From: Squalus acanthias
Lineage: Eukaryota
DNA: 64,000 nt
Assembly (NCBI GenBank): GCA_030390025.1
Contig: CM059432.1
Location: forward strand, 121,460,001-121,524,000
Reading direction: 5' to 3'
Below are positions 1 to 12,244 of this stretch, piece by piece. Below the pieces are notes generated by a model, which saw nothing but the letters and a program-made list of their open reading frames with translations, made no database searches and was not told where the DNA came from. How positions within the stretch are numbered: the stretch's first letter is position 1; each line of letters begins with the position of its first letter. The position numbers and the translations under genes are program-made.

Positions 1-2110
1 CTCAGTGTCCTACCATTTAATGTGTATTCCCTTTCCTTGTTAGCCCTCCCCAAATGCATTATCTCACACTTCTCCGGATTGAATTCCATTTGCCACTGTT
101 CTGCCCACTTGACCAATTTATTAATAGCTTCCTGCAGTCTACAGCTTCCTTCTTCAGTATCAACCACACAGCCGATTTTAGTATCATCTGCAAACTTCTT
201 AATCATACCCCCTATATTCAAGTCAAGATTGTTGGTATACACCACAAAAAGCAAGGGACCCAGTACTGAGCCCTGCGGAACCCCACTGGAAACAGCCTTC
301 CAGTCACAAAAACACCCATCAACCATTACCCTCTGCTTCCTGTCTCTGAGCCAGTTTTGAATCCAACTTGACACTTTGCCCTGGATCCATGGGCTTTTAA
401 CTTTGTGACCAGTCTGCCATGTGGAACCTTATCAAAAGCCTTGCTAAAGTCCATATACACTACATCAAATGCACTACTCTCATCTACCCTCCTTGTTACC
501 TCCTCAAAAAATTCAACCAAGTTTGTTAGACACGACCTTCCCTTAACAAATCCATGCTGACTATCCTTGATTAATCCGTGTCTTTCTAAATGAAGATTTA
601 TCCTGTCCTTCAGAATTCTTTCCAATAATTTTCCCACCACCGAGGTTAGGCTGACTGGCCTGTAATTACTCGGTCTATCCTTTTCTCCCTTTTTAAACAA
701 GGGTACCACGTTAGCAGTCCTCCAGTCCTCCGGCACCACATCTGAAGCCAGAGAGGATTGAAAAATGATGGTCAGGGCCTCTGCTATTTCCTCTTTTGCT
801 TCGCTTCGCCTGGGGACTTATCCACTTTTAAAGCTGCTAAACCCCTTAATACTTCCGCTCTCACTATGTTTATTTCATCTAATATTTCACACAATTCCCC
901 CCCGATCGCAATGTCTGCTTCGCCCCTCTCCTTTGTGAAAACAGACGCAAAGTATTCATTAAGAACCCTACCAACGTCTCCCGCCTCCACACACAGATTA
1001 CCCTCATGATCTCTAATAGGCCCTACCCTTTCTTTAGTTATCCTCTTACTCTTAATATATTTATAAAACATCTTTGGGTTTTCCTTGATTTTACTGGCCA
1101 AGAATTTTTCATGCTCTCTCTTTGCTTTCCTAATATCATTTTTAATTGCACCCCTGCACTTTCTGTACTCCTCTAAAGATTCTGGAGTATTTAGCCCTCG
1201 GTATTTGTCATACGCCTCCCTTTTTTTCTTTATCCTACCCTGCATGTCTCTAGACATCCAGAGGGCTCTAGATTTGTTAGTCCCACCTTTTTTCTTTAAG
1301 GGCACATGTTTGGTCTGAACCCTCCGGATCTCGTCCTTGAATGCCTCCCACTGCTCTGACACTGATTTACCCTCAAGTAGCTGTTTCCAGTCCACTATGG
1401 CTAAATCCCCTCTGAGCTTAGCAAAGTTTGCTTTTCCCCAATTTAGAATTTTTATTCCTGGTCTATCCTTGTCCTTTTCCATAACTACCTTTAATCTAAC
1501 AGAATTATGGTCACGAGCACCAAAATGCTCCCCCACTGATACGCCTTCTACCTGCCCAACTTCATTCCCTAAAACTAAGTCCAGAACCACCCCCTCCCTT
1601 GTTGGGCTTGCTACATACTGGCTAAAAAAGTTCTCCTGGATGCATTTTAGGAATTCCGCACCTTCTATACCCTTCACACTAATTTTATCCCAGTTAATAT
1701 TGGGGTAGTTGAAATCCACTACTATTACTGCCCTATAGTTTTTGCACTTCTCAGAAATTTTTCTCCATATTTGTTCTTCTATCTCCCTCTCACTGTTTGG
1801 GGGTCTGCAGTACACTCCCAGCAATGTATTTGTCCCTTTTTTGTTTTTCAATTCGACCCATATGGCCTCGTTTGATGATCCCTCCAACATATCATCCCTC
1901 CTCACAGCTGTAATAGTTTCTTTAATCAATACCGCGACCCCCCCTCCCTTTTTACCTCCCTCTCTATCCCGTCTGAAAACCCTGTAACCAGGAATGTTGA
2001 GCTGCCATACCTGCCCCTCTTTCAGCCACGTCTCTGTAATAGCTATAATATCATAGTCCCAAGTATCTACCTGTGCACTCAGCTCGTCTGCCTTGTTCGC
2101 TATACTCCTT
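1..2110 (-). mobile_element. CR1-clade LINE fragment (ORF2: APE endonuclease end, linker and RT), frameshifted, runs off the window start
   Basis: ORFs 784-1929 (GVYCRPPNS, DFNYPNINW, LDLVLGNE, DHNSV) and 326-739 (VPEDWRTANVVPLFKKG, YRPVSLTSVVGK, QHGFVKGRSCLTNL, YMDFSKAFDKVPH) are CR1 ORF2 motifs. There is a small internal deletion/frameshift near 800. Confidence 0.95.
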
Positions 2111-2188
2111 GTTCATCTTCAAATAGCGCCATGGGATCTTTTACAATAATCATTATGAATATCAGAACACGTTAAAATTAAACCTGTG

Positions 2189-3080
2189 GGGGGAAAAATT
2201 CAGTTGGTTGCGCCTCTCGTTAGCGCCTTAAGAGGGCGCTAATGGGGCGTTAAGCCGCTAACGCCCGGGCGCAGCGATGTTTGCGCCACTCGAGAACTTA
2301 ACTTGAGATTGTGCGGCGGCGCTAAAACCTACCGCTGCGACCACCTGCGCGCGCAGATTGTGACGTCATTCCATGGTGCAACGCCCTTGGGGCGCCCCGT
2401 AGCGGAAATTGAGTGGCGCCCCCTGCCTTACCGCCTGGCGCTTCCAACGACCAGAAGACTGGAACGCTATCAATCGCTGTGGGGCTGGGGGTGCGCTATT
2501 TAAAGGGGGCCTCTTCCTGTCTTTTATTGTTGGTGGCATTTTTGAACTGCGCATTCTGAGAGAGAGAGGGAGAGACTTCTGGAGAGATTCAACGTTGTGT
2601 GAAGGAGTTTTGGGTACTGAGCAGCACTTTGCAGGTTCATTTTGATTTGCCATTCCTTGTATCGATTTAGCAGAGACTGTGGGAGCTGCACTCTGAGCTC
2701 TTTGCCTGGTACTTTCCATTGTTCTTTCCAGCACATTTGATGTGCAAGTCTCTCCAGGCCGAGATTCAAGGCAGCAATGAACAGGATGTGGATGGAAAGC
2801 AAGATTAACCATCCCCTTTAAGATCTGCCCCGTGCCATTGTGTGTGTGTTCCATTGCTGACTGACATTACATGAGCTTCGCCAGCGCTCCGAGTTAGCGC
2901 CTCACTGCTCGGCCTTTGCGCCTTAAGAGAGGTGTGCAGCGCCTGCTTTAGCGCTCCACTCACCTCCCGGGGCGGTAAAAGTGAAGTTTCCTGTCAGTGC
3001 CGATAATTAGCGCCAGGCGCTAATATTTGCGCTCGGACGATATTTGCGCCCCAAATGGGGCGCGACCTAATTTCTACCCC
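2189..3080. mobile_element. Non-autonomous Harbinger deletion derivative (MITE-A copy 1, 892 bp), inverted relative to the element at 9685
   Basis: Termini GGGGGAAAAATT...AATTTCTACCCC; 3-bp TSD GTG (2186-2188 and 3081-3083). Ends are near-identical to 9685-13952 and the whole is a near reverse complement of 20024-20916. Confidence 0.95.
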
Positions 3081-4619
3081 GTGGTCTCTACAAAGACAAA
3101 TACAGAAATCCGCTAGTGTTAATGTAATCAGAAAAATGGCAGAGAATGTTCCAATGAGGAACAAAATCAATGGAAAGAGAACTGGAGGCACTGGCAAAGG
3201 AAGTGATATTTGGCATCAACAAAGGGCCATCTAATCGTAAATCTAGAAGTAAGGATGAGAGGCAATTATTGGGTGCTTAAGCACAATATGTACCAGAAAT
3301 TATACTGGCCAGATACTCTAAAATACTTCAGTGATACTAAGAGGAGATTTAATACCATTGAAATGAATGGGTGTATCTTGATCGTGTTTTTGTCAGTGTA
3401 CTTTAAGAAATGCATTTGTAGCTTAACTGGCGAGGTGTGCAGGCTCACATTGGAAAAGATCTTCCAGCTCTTCCTCACTGAATCGCTAAGGTGTGGAGAC
3501 CTTACAGTAAAATTCAGCTCAACAAACTTGGACAATTCTTGCAAAATTCCGTTAATTTAATAATTACTTTGTAAAAAGACTTGGGGTGCTCTCCAAAAGC
3601 AATACAGACCATTAACTCTGAAAAATCACAGCTCCTCTGGAGGAGATGCACTGTAACTTTGATAGGCGTCCACCAAAAGATCTGGAAACTAGGCTAGAAT
3701 CCAGTTATACTGGTCCCCAGCCTTTCGTTCAACTTTCCAAGGTGGCTGTTGGAGGAGGCAGTGCCTTTATCTGCCTAAACATAGCTTTTGGTATAGAACC
3801 AGGAGTTCCCGTTTTCTCAGTCCTCAGTGGGACCTGTTGTACAGTTGACAGAGGCATGTCTGACCAGATCATGCACGGGACAGAAGTGGAGCCCAACTAG
3901 GCATCCAGACTTGAAATGTGGCCTGCAACCTGAAGAAAAATTAGTCAGAATTTGCTTTTACATTTCAATGTGGTCCTCTTATGAAGTTTCTGGTCTCTTA
4001 AGCAGGCAGGCGCCCTGTGCCCCCAGTGGCAGGGGTGCCCATCTTTGGTAGTCAAAATTGGGAACCACCTCTTGATCCCGGAAAGTCTGCCGGGGTCAGT
4101 GGCGATTATTCTTGGCGACTACATGTTGGCACTTACTCCGCAATGTGCTCATTGTGGATTTTTGAAGCCGGGTGTGCATCTAAACGTGGAGTGATAGAAC
4201 TTCTAATATTGTCATTTTCTGCTTTCCACAAATACTTCTGGCACAAATCTGGAATTAACAGATAACTCAAACGCAGCTCAGCAGCACAGCATCTATTTCA
4301 TCTTCCTCACACATATTAGTTAGATAAGGACATGACTGTCACAGAGAAGGTTACACCGTCAGTTGAGGAAGCTAAATTGAACAGAGCTGTTGCAGATTCC
4401 AGGAATCATGAGCAGCAGTTGCTTAAACAATATGGATATGGTATGTTGGTACGCAAGCCTTTAAAACTAAAGCCTTGGTACATGAATAGAATATTTAGCA
4501 GGCAGTGGAGCATGTCTGTACGTTCATCGATCAAAGATTGCAGGCTATCCAAGGATCTTTCTTTGACATGAATGAGGCATTGAACTCCACAATGGGTGTG
4601 ATGCGAGTCGTTATGGTGG

Positions 4620-5302
4620 TGTAACACTGTCATGGTAAACTTGACTGAATCTCCATTTGACTGAATCTAAAAGTGACCAAATGTACCGACAAGCTTTGAG
4701 GGCAAGAGACTGCTTGGCTAAAAAAAAATTTGCACAAATAAGTGATGTGCTGGCACTTTTCCTTCAAAAGATAAGATCTTGAAAATTCTGTGAGAACCTC
4801 AACAACCCTGCAGATGTGAAAAACAACGACTCTCTCAGTCCTTGGAGTCTGGCCTTGGTGAACTAAGTGTCAAAACAGATAGAGAGAGGGAGAGAGAGGA
4901 AAACAACAATACCCACAGTTTGGGACATGAATGCTGGGGGCCAGTTGCCAGGTTTTGGGGTATAAGTGTTCTTGGACACTGACATTCGGGGATATAGTCG
5001 ATGGTGACCTGGTCAGTTTCCAGTTAAAGTTAGTCATACGTCTATCATCATTGAATTAACCTCTCATCTGGTGAATAGTAACGTATGTGATTTTGCTTAT
5101 AATCACCTGAGCTTAAAGTAAATGATTTTAGATGCTTGCTTGTGATAAGTACATGAATTGAGTACAGTTTGTATTCTGGTAATTGCTTGTAACCTCTTGC
5201 TGATTTTTAAGTAAAAGAAGTTTCACAGATTCATTGGGTTTTGTGTTGTCTGTTCCACGGGTCTGAACTCTATAAACTGTCAGACAATCCGAACGTCTTA
5301 CA
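4620..5302 (+). mobile_element. Solo LTR (683 bp), LTR retrotransposon/ERV-like
   Basis: TGTAACA...TCTTACA termini; 4-bp TSD GTGG (4616-4619 and 5303-5306). The 3' block GTCTGAACTCTATAA.CTGT...CGTC.TACA is shared with the LTR at 52005-53534. Confidence 0.8.
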
Positions 5303-5352
5303 GTGGCTGCTGTGCTAATGTAGTGACCGGCACGGTATCAAAGTTTTGACAG

Positions 5353-5691
5353 ATAGAAACATAGAAACATAGAAACATAGAAGATAGGAGCAGGAGTAGG
5401 CCATTCGGCCCCTCTAGCCTGCTCTGCCATTCAATGCGATCATGGCTGATCATCCAAATTCAGAACCCTGTCCCTGCTTTCTCCCCATATCCCTTGATCC
5501 CTTTAGCCTTAAGAAATATATCCAACTCCTTCTTGAATATATTTAATGAATTGGCCTCTACTGCCTTCTGTGCTAGAGAATTCCACAGGTTCACCACTCT
5601 CTGGGTGAAGAAATTCCTCCTCATTTCTGTCCTAAATGGCTTACCCCTTATCCTTAGACTGTGACCTCTGGTTCTGGACTCCCCGACCATC
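5353..5691 (-). mobile_element. CR1 3' end fragment with (ATAGAAAC)n tail
   Basis: ORF 5460-5711 contains TRGHSLR..RRNFFTQRVVNLWNSL..FKKELDIFL, followed by 3'UTR and an 8-bp tail repeat. Same subfamily as 52168-52857. Confidence 0.92.
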
Positions 5692-5939
5692 GGATCATTA
5701 AAGGATTGCAATCAGCTGTAAGAGGGGCATTTCCAGAGTGTAGGAATACATGCATATCGATGTCAGCCAACTGGCTAGTCACCTTGGGCATATGGCAACG
5801 TGACCAGAACAAACTGTAGGAGGTAAGAATCAAGATGGTGAGCGCCATGCCAATTTGTTTGTATCTATGTCGAGCATTGGGCCATAATTTTCTGTAGCAG
5901 GGCATCTAACGGCATCTGCTGTTAGCTAGACTTGACCTT

Positions 5940-6630
5940 GTACATTTAGGATTTAACATTTTTTGCGTGGCAAGTGGCTGAAAGTGCGATCTGGTAACAT
6001 CGCAGCGAGGGAAACAGGGCATCTGGGACCTGAGTGAACAGGGAAAGCAACTGTGTATCTCCTTAACCAATCAGATTGAAGGATTGAGAAATAACCAGCG
6101 CAAGGACTGAGAAGGAAGTGTAAATTAGAGTGGGTGAATTCAATGTCAAATCAGGTACAGCAAGAGAAATAAAGAGAGGGAAAGAAAGACTGGATTAAGA
6201 AAGAGAGAAAAAGAGACAGAAAGGAAAAGTAAAAAAAGAATTAATTTAAATTTTGACATATTTTTAAATCTGAAGGAATTTCTGCTGCACACTTTTACTA
6301 GTTAATTTTTGAGTGCCAGAGAGGTTGACTGGCAGTAATGAACACTTATCATGTCATTAAAAAGGTACTTAGACTGAAATGGACAAGATGTAACTTTCTG
6401 CGGCGAGTTTAGTTCGTATCTACTGTGCAAGTACAGCAACTTCACGTCGTACAATGGATTTCAATGGTGAGCCAGACAGCGAGATGCCGTTTTCGCAAAG
6501 CTAACGGAGGAGCTGCGCATAGGACAACAACTTTAGGATTTCCGTGTTTAACGGCGCATCTGCCCTCGCATGGCGTTGTGGCAGCATTTGTCCATCAATA
6601 ACAGTGTGTGCCATTAGCCTCACCATTATG
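5940..6630 (+). repeat. Diverged copy of the non-autonomous element at 49128-49864
   Basis: Collinear similarity by eye (e.g. TCAAATCAGGTACAG.AAGAGAAATAAAGAGA.GGAAAGAAAGA.TGGATTAAGA). Ends not resolved. Confidence 0.7.
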
Positions 6631-6704
6631 GGCCATGGTGTCAACAGAAGCTTATCTAATCGATATTGGACCTGCTTGCATTTGGTCCAAGGCATCCCAT
6701 ACTC

Positions 6705-7195
6705 TGATACTCAACTCGCGCCAAGTCCCGCTCACCCATCACCCCTGTGCTCGCTGACTTACATTGGCTCCCAGTTAAGCAACACCTCGATTTTAAAATT
6801 CTCATCCTTGTTTTCGAATCCTTCCATGGCCTCGCCCCTCCTTATCTCTGTAATCTCCTCCAGCCCTATAATCCCCCTAGACTTCTGCACTCAGCCTATT
6901 CTGGCCTTTTGAACATGCCCGATTTTAAATGCTCCACCATTGGTGGACGTGCCTTCAGCTGCCTAGGTCCCAAGCTCTGTAATTCCCTCCCTAAATCTCT
7001 CCGCCTCTCCACTTCTCTTTCCTCCTTTAAGATGCTCCTTAAAACCTACCTCTTCGACCAAGCTTTTGATTATCTGCCCTAACATCTTATATAGCTAGGT
7101 GCCAATTTTTTTTTTAACAATACTCCTGTGAAGCGCCTTGGGACGTTTTATTACGTTAAAGGCGCTATATAAATATAAGTTATTGTTGCTGCTGC
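6705..7195 (+). mobile_element. L2-clade LINE 3' fragment
   Basis: ORF 6747-7082 has LHWLPV..FKIL..HGLAPPYL..GGRAFS..P.L.NSLP..FK..LKTYLF. The 3' tail GTGAAGCGCCTTGGGACG..AAAGGCGCTATATAAAT is shared with the SINE tails. Confidence 0.9.
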
Positions 7196-7344
7196 ATCTA
7201 TTATCCACCCACATACAAATTGAGAATCTACTTGTTGATGTAATCCTTTTCTCGACTGTTACTGCTATGCTAGTGGTTGCAATCCTTTACTAATGGTAAA
7301 GAAACATTAAGGTACAAAATGTTCGGCCCATGCATTTCCTAAGT

Positions 7345-7710
7345 TTCCACTCCAGAGACTTGAACATGTATTCGAGGGAGCGCTGCACTGTGCCACATTT
7401 TGGATGAGACGTTAAAGCAAGGCCAAGTTTGCTGACTCAGGTGAATGTAAAATATCTCATGGCACTACTTGAAGAAGAGCCGGCGAGTTGTCCTAGCGAA
7501 CAGTTATCCCTCAACCACCACCAGTAACATAGATTACCTGGTGATATATCGTATTAATGTTTGTAGAATCTTGCTGTGCGCAAACTGGCTGCCACGTCTC
7601 CCCAGACTACAACAGCGACTATCTTTCAAAAGTACCTCACAGCTGTGAAGCACTTTGGGATGTCCCGAAGAAACAAAAGGCACTCGATAAATGCAAGTTA
7701 TTTTTTCTTT
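7345..7710 (+). mobile_element. Deu-domain SINE (SacSINE1-like), 5' truncated and diverged
   Basis: GGATGAGACGTTAAA, ATGGCACTA.TTGAAGAAGAG and TTGCTGTGCGCAAA.TGGCTGCC blocks plus an L2-like tail. Confidence 0.8.
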
Positions 7711-10044
7711 CTACTTACCTAGTTTCCATATTCATGTAGCATCTTTGAACCTTCTACAGCATTTATATTAAATTGTGTGCCTCTGAAAGACCACACAGCA
7801 CAAATAAACCTGCTGTACACATCAAAATACCATACATTGCATTAGCATAACCTCCAGAAAGAAGCTTAAACTTCCTGGCACTGTGGACCGTGGCAGATTT
7901 GAAGAGATTTGAGACAGGCAGCCACACCCCTTAATAGTTCTTGACTCATTTGGCAAACAGCCAATGGTTTTTTATTTACCATACAGGCAAGCTGTGTTAG
8001 ATTTGAAATGAAATGAAGCTCAGGTTACTGCCTCCCCATATCAATAATGATCTGTCTCCAATACTGAGATCACGTGCCACTGTTGGCTTTAATAGTTTAT
8101 CCTCTATGAAGATTTCCTTTGTGCTGCTATCAGTATGCACATCTGTGTCTCCACGAACACGAACAGGTCAGCCCAATAACATCCCATCAGATTTCATGGA
8201 ACTTAACTCAAAGATACTTCGCATCAGAGGCTGGAGTCCATTCCTTTTATAACCAGGCTTGTGAATTCACTCTCAAATGTGAATATTGGAAATTAAAGTA
8301 ATGAAGTTTCAATGAGAATTTAGATCAATCGTAATCTCGCAGAAAAGGGTGAAGTACGGCCGGCCACTTTTAAAATTGAACAGCAAAGCCAACAATTTGA
8401 AAGCAATCTTAATCAACATTTGTTTTCTACTCTTCCCACAGAATATAAGGTATGCCCCACTTCTGGTGAACAGATTAAATCTATGAGCTGCCGCTACCCC
8501 TCTGCCTTTACCTGTAGTGCTCCCCCCCCCCACTCCCCCTCCCCCAATGCAACTCAGTAACACTGGAACTAACCTAGTGTAAGATGTTTGCATTTCAACT
8601 TTACTGTGCAGTTGTGGAGTGCTGCATGAACCCATCATTAAGTTACTTCAACCAGGTCTTAACGAGTAACAAACAATTTTCTTATCAACATTTTGCTAGT
8701 TGTTAATCCATTTTTGGAGGAGCAGGAATTCTCAGAACAGCACTAAACATAGATGAACACTGGATTAGTACTTATTCAGCCCAAGGATAACTGCATTATA
8801 ACCCCTATTTACTAAGCAGCATTCCGAAGAGTGTCATTTCAGTAAAAAGCACAGAAAAGGTTAGTTTGTCACTTTAACAATATTCATATTTTTCATGTAA
8901 AATAGTGTTCAATTACTGGGCTGCACAAATCTCCAGTCAATGCCAGGGCATCTGAGGCAGGCTGTTATAGCTTATTGCCCTCTGCTTCCATTTATTTGTT
9001 GTCAATTTGCAGTTGAACAACATGCAGCACAATGCAAAGCTTCACTGGCTGGCATAACTAAGTAATGCTTATCTAACCAGAAATTTTCACCTTTGCCTGA
9101 GGAATTTAAAAGTGCCCTTAGAACTACTCTCAGTCCCAAAAGGCTGATCAGAGTTTTGTCCTTTCCCATTTTTTAGGTTTTAGACTAGTATCATCAGCCA
9201 AAGTTTCAGATATACTCGCGATCATCTCACAGGCATCCTTGCAGACAGCTATCCTTCTCAAACGATGCTGACACGCAGAAACTCTGCAAGATGAAGCAAC
9301 CATGAATTGATCTATGGAACTTTGCTGTAATCAATGTAATGATAGCTTGTCTATTTCAGATTACTTGCATGTTTAAGGAGTGGAATCCCCTTTGGGTGAA
9401 GTAGACGCCAGGACTTGAGAACATAATCTAACGTGGCAATTCAGTTCATTACTGCAGGAGTGCTGCATTGCCAGAGATGCCATCCTGAAAATGAGACATT
9501 AAACTAAGGCTACAATTGCCTGGTTAGGTGGACTTTAAGATTCCATAGCACTATTTAAAGAATAGCAGGGAGTTCTCCTGATGTCCAAACCAATATTCCT
9601 CTCTGAACCGACACAGCAAAACAGATTGACTGTCTATTCATCTCATTGTTTGTTGAATGGCCTACTCCTGCTCCTAGATTCTATGGGGGAAAAATTAGGT
9701 CGTGCCCCATTTGGGGCGCAAATATCGTCTGGACGCAAATATTAGCGCCTGGCGCTAATTATCGGCACTGACTGGAAACTTCACTTTTACCGCCCCGGGA
9801 GGTGAGTGGAGCGCTAAATCAGGCACTGCACACCTGTCTTAAGGCGCAAAGGCCGAGCAGTGAGGCGCTAACTCAGCGCGCGAGCGCAGCGCAGCTGCTG
9901 CCAGTTAGCAAGGGAACACAGACACACTGGCGCCGGCCACTTCTTAAAGCGGGGGGGGGCCAACTTGCTCCCCAGCCACACCCTGCTCATTGCAGCCTTG
10001 AATCTCGGCCTGGAGAGACCTGTGAATCCATTTTGCTGCCAAGG

Positions 10045-11738
10045 ATAGAGAGGGTGAGAGAACGAGCTCATCGCTTCACCGAGCGGGCCTTGGATGCTCT
10101 GGTTGGCGCGGTGGAGCGCAGAAGATGTATACTCTTCCCTGAGAGTGGCAGGAGGCCTTTGCCACACGAGTTCAGAAGAGTGTGGAGGGAGGTGGCTCAG
10201 AGCGTCTCCTCCAGGAGCATGGTGCCCAGGACCCATACTCAATGCCGCAAAAAGTTCAACGACCTCACTCGGGTCGTCAGGGTGAGTGGCTTTTTCTCAA
10301 TACCTCTCCATCCCTCCATCTCAAACTCACTCTATGGCCAGAGGGTCTTAAAACCCCAATGCACAACACTCATCCAACACCTATGGCCCTTTCATGAAAC
10401 ACACACACACATTCCACACGTTGCATACAGTAAGGGCTATTCACCTATGGGAGGCACATCAAGCAAGACCATGGCTGCATACAGTAAGGGCTATTCACCT
10501 ATGGGAGGCACATCAGGCAAGACCATGGCTGCATACAGTAAGGGCTATTCACCTATGGGAGGCACATCAGGCAAGACCATGGCTGCATACAGTAAGGGCT
10601 ATTCACCTATGGGAGGCACATCAGGCAAGACCATGGCTGTATATTTACTCAGATGCTGTCCTTTTTCTTACAGGCCAAGCTGGCGCATAATCGGAGACAG
10701 CAGCAACGGACAGGTGGAGGGCGGCCTCAGCTGCAACCCCTCAGCGATCTTGAGGAGCGCGTCCACAGGATTGTGGCAAGCCGGGTGATCGGTCCCGTCG
10801 CCACTGGAGACGCCGACCCCGTTCTGGACAGCAATGGTAAGGTCATCACCTTTTTGTCCTCTGTCCTTCCACTTGTCCCTCACAACACCAGCCTTTGACA
10901 CTTTCAATCCAACTTGCTAACTCGCTGCACTTATTCCTCCCTTACTGCCACCCTGTCCTCACGCTAAAGCCACTCTTGTACCTCCCTGCTTTCAGATGGT
11001 GATTCACCAGCTGAGGAGACGGGCCCTGAAGCTGCCACTGGGAGTGATGCTGCAGCCGAGGAGGAAGAGGAAGCCGGAGCATCAGTGCCACCCTCTCCCG
11101 AGGAAGCCCATGCCCACACTGGGAACACGCCTTCCCTGGAGGGGAGCAGGGGGGAAGGGTCTGATGAGGGTGAAGCTCCAGGACCCAGCGGGCTGCAGCA
11201 ACGCCATGGGGGTAGGGAAGAACGGGGGCCTTCTCCCCAGAGGGAGAGTATGCCAGACACTCCTACTGCAATGGACGCAGAGGAGGAGCGGCTGATCGCA
11301 GAAATGAACACCCAGGCGGTGGGCATGCAAACTGAGCTCATGGGTGCAGTGGGAAGGGTGCCCGAATGCATTGAGTCACTGGCAAGGAGTGTGGAGCACT
11401 TCGCTGTAGCACAGGCGGATGCCACACTAACGCTTAGTGCTGCAATTCAGTCACTGGCTGCCGTGATCCCATCTCTGACTGCTCTCATGCAGACTCAGAT
11501 TGAGGCCACGCGAGCACAGACTGCAGCCAACCTCGATGGTTCGTGCACATGTCCCCGGGGCTGTCACCGCGCCGCAGCAGGCCAGCAATCTGTTCTCCAG
11601 CAGATTGCTCCGGATGCTGAAGTGCTGCCCCGTGGGAGTGCCAGTGTGTCGGGCGAGCAGGGAGTTGCTGTCCTCACGATGACAGCATTCCTGCTGCCAA
11701 CACTGTCACTTCTCCACTGCACTTGCCACCGCCTGTAG
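10045..11738 (+). pseudogene. Harbinger Myb/SANT-like (NAIF1/MSANTD-type) DNA-binding gene, 3 exons: 10045-10281, 10674-10836, 10996-11738 (ancestral end probably 11968)
   Basis: Exon 1 encodes RAHRFTERALDALV...W.EVA..VS...RT..QCRKKFNDL, ending at GTGAGT. After TTCTTACAG, exon 2 encodes AKLAHNRRQQQRTGGG, ending at GTAAG (phase 1). After CTTTCAG, exon 3 is in frame with ORF 11085 (acidic, then coiled-coil-like). The start position reads ATA where the MITEs have ATG. Confidence 0.85.
10423..10638 (+). repeat. Tandem repeat, 4 x 54 bp, inside Myb intron 1
   Basis: Unit GCATACAGTAAGGGCTATTCACCTATGGGAGGCACATCAGGCAAGACCATGGCT; copy 1 has one substitution. Confidence 0.97.
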
Positions 11739-12244
11739 GACAGACTGCTGCCGCCCATGCAGAGTTGGTGCAGTCTGCAGCCGGGCCCTCCAGGCCCAGA
11801 ACTGGTCGAGGCCGTCCTTCAGGGGCATCTGCAGTGTCAGGGTCTGACGAGCAGCAGCCTTCCACCAGCCTTGCTGCAGCCACTGAGGTCCCATTACGGA
11901 GGAGCAGTAGGGTTAGAAGGGGGGAAGTGCGCAAGGGAAGGAGATCACCCTCGAAGGGCAAAAAGTAGGAGGTGTGACAAAATGCTGGTCATTTTTTTAT
12001 TAAAGGTCGAGGTTCATGGTCCAACTTTTGTTTAGTGTTTTGGACATTATCTCCAGGTTGTGAGAACCAGTTATGTTATTGACTGTTTTTTTGTGTTTAT
12101 TTCTATGAGTTTGTCATGAGGAATTGACACACACAGAGTTTGTAAAATAAATAAGTTTCTGTATTCAAAATATACATGGTTGGTGGTTGGAATTATTGGT
12201 GCCTTGGCCGGCTTAGGGGTTGCGTGCTGGGTTCATTAATGTTG

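Noticed and set aside
10423..10638. CRISPR-like array (also 53231-53365)
   Set aside because: Head-to-tail repeats without unique spacers, in a eukaryotic context.
9802..10788. 328-aa ORF as a single-exon gene
   Set aside because: Starts at a non-ATG codon in the subterminal region and reads through a GT-AG intron. The spliced model restores the conserved KFNDL...RTGGG Myb context.
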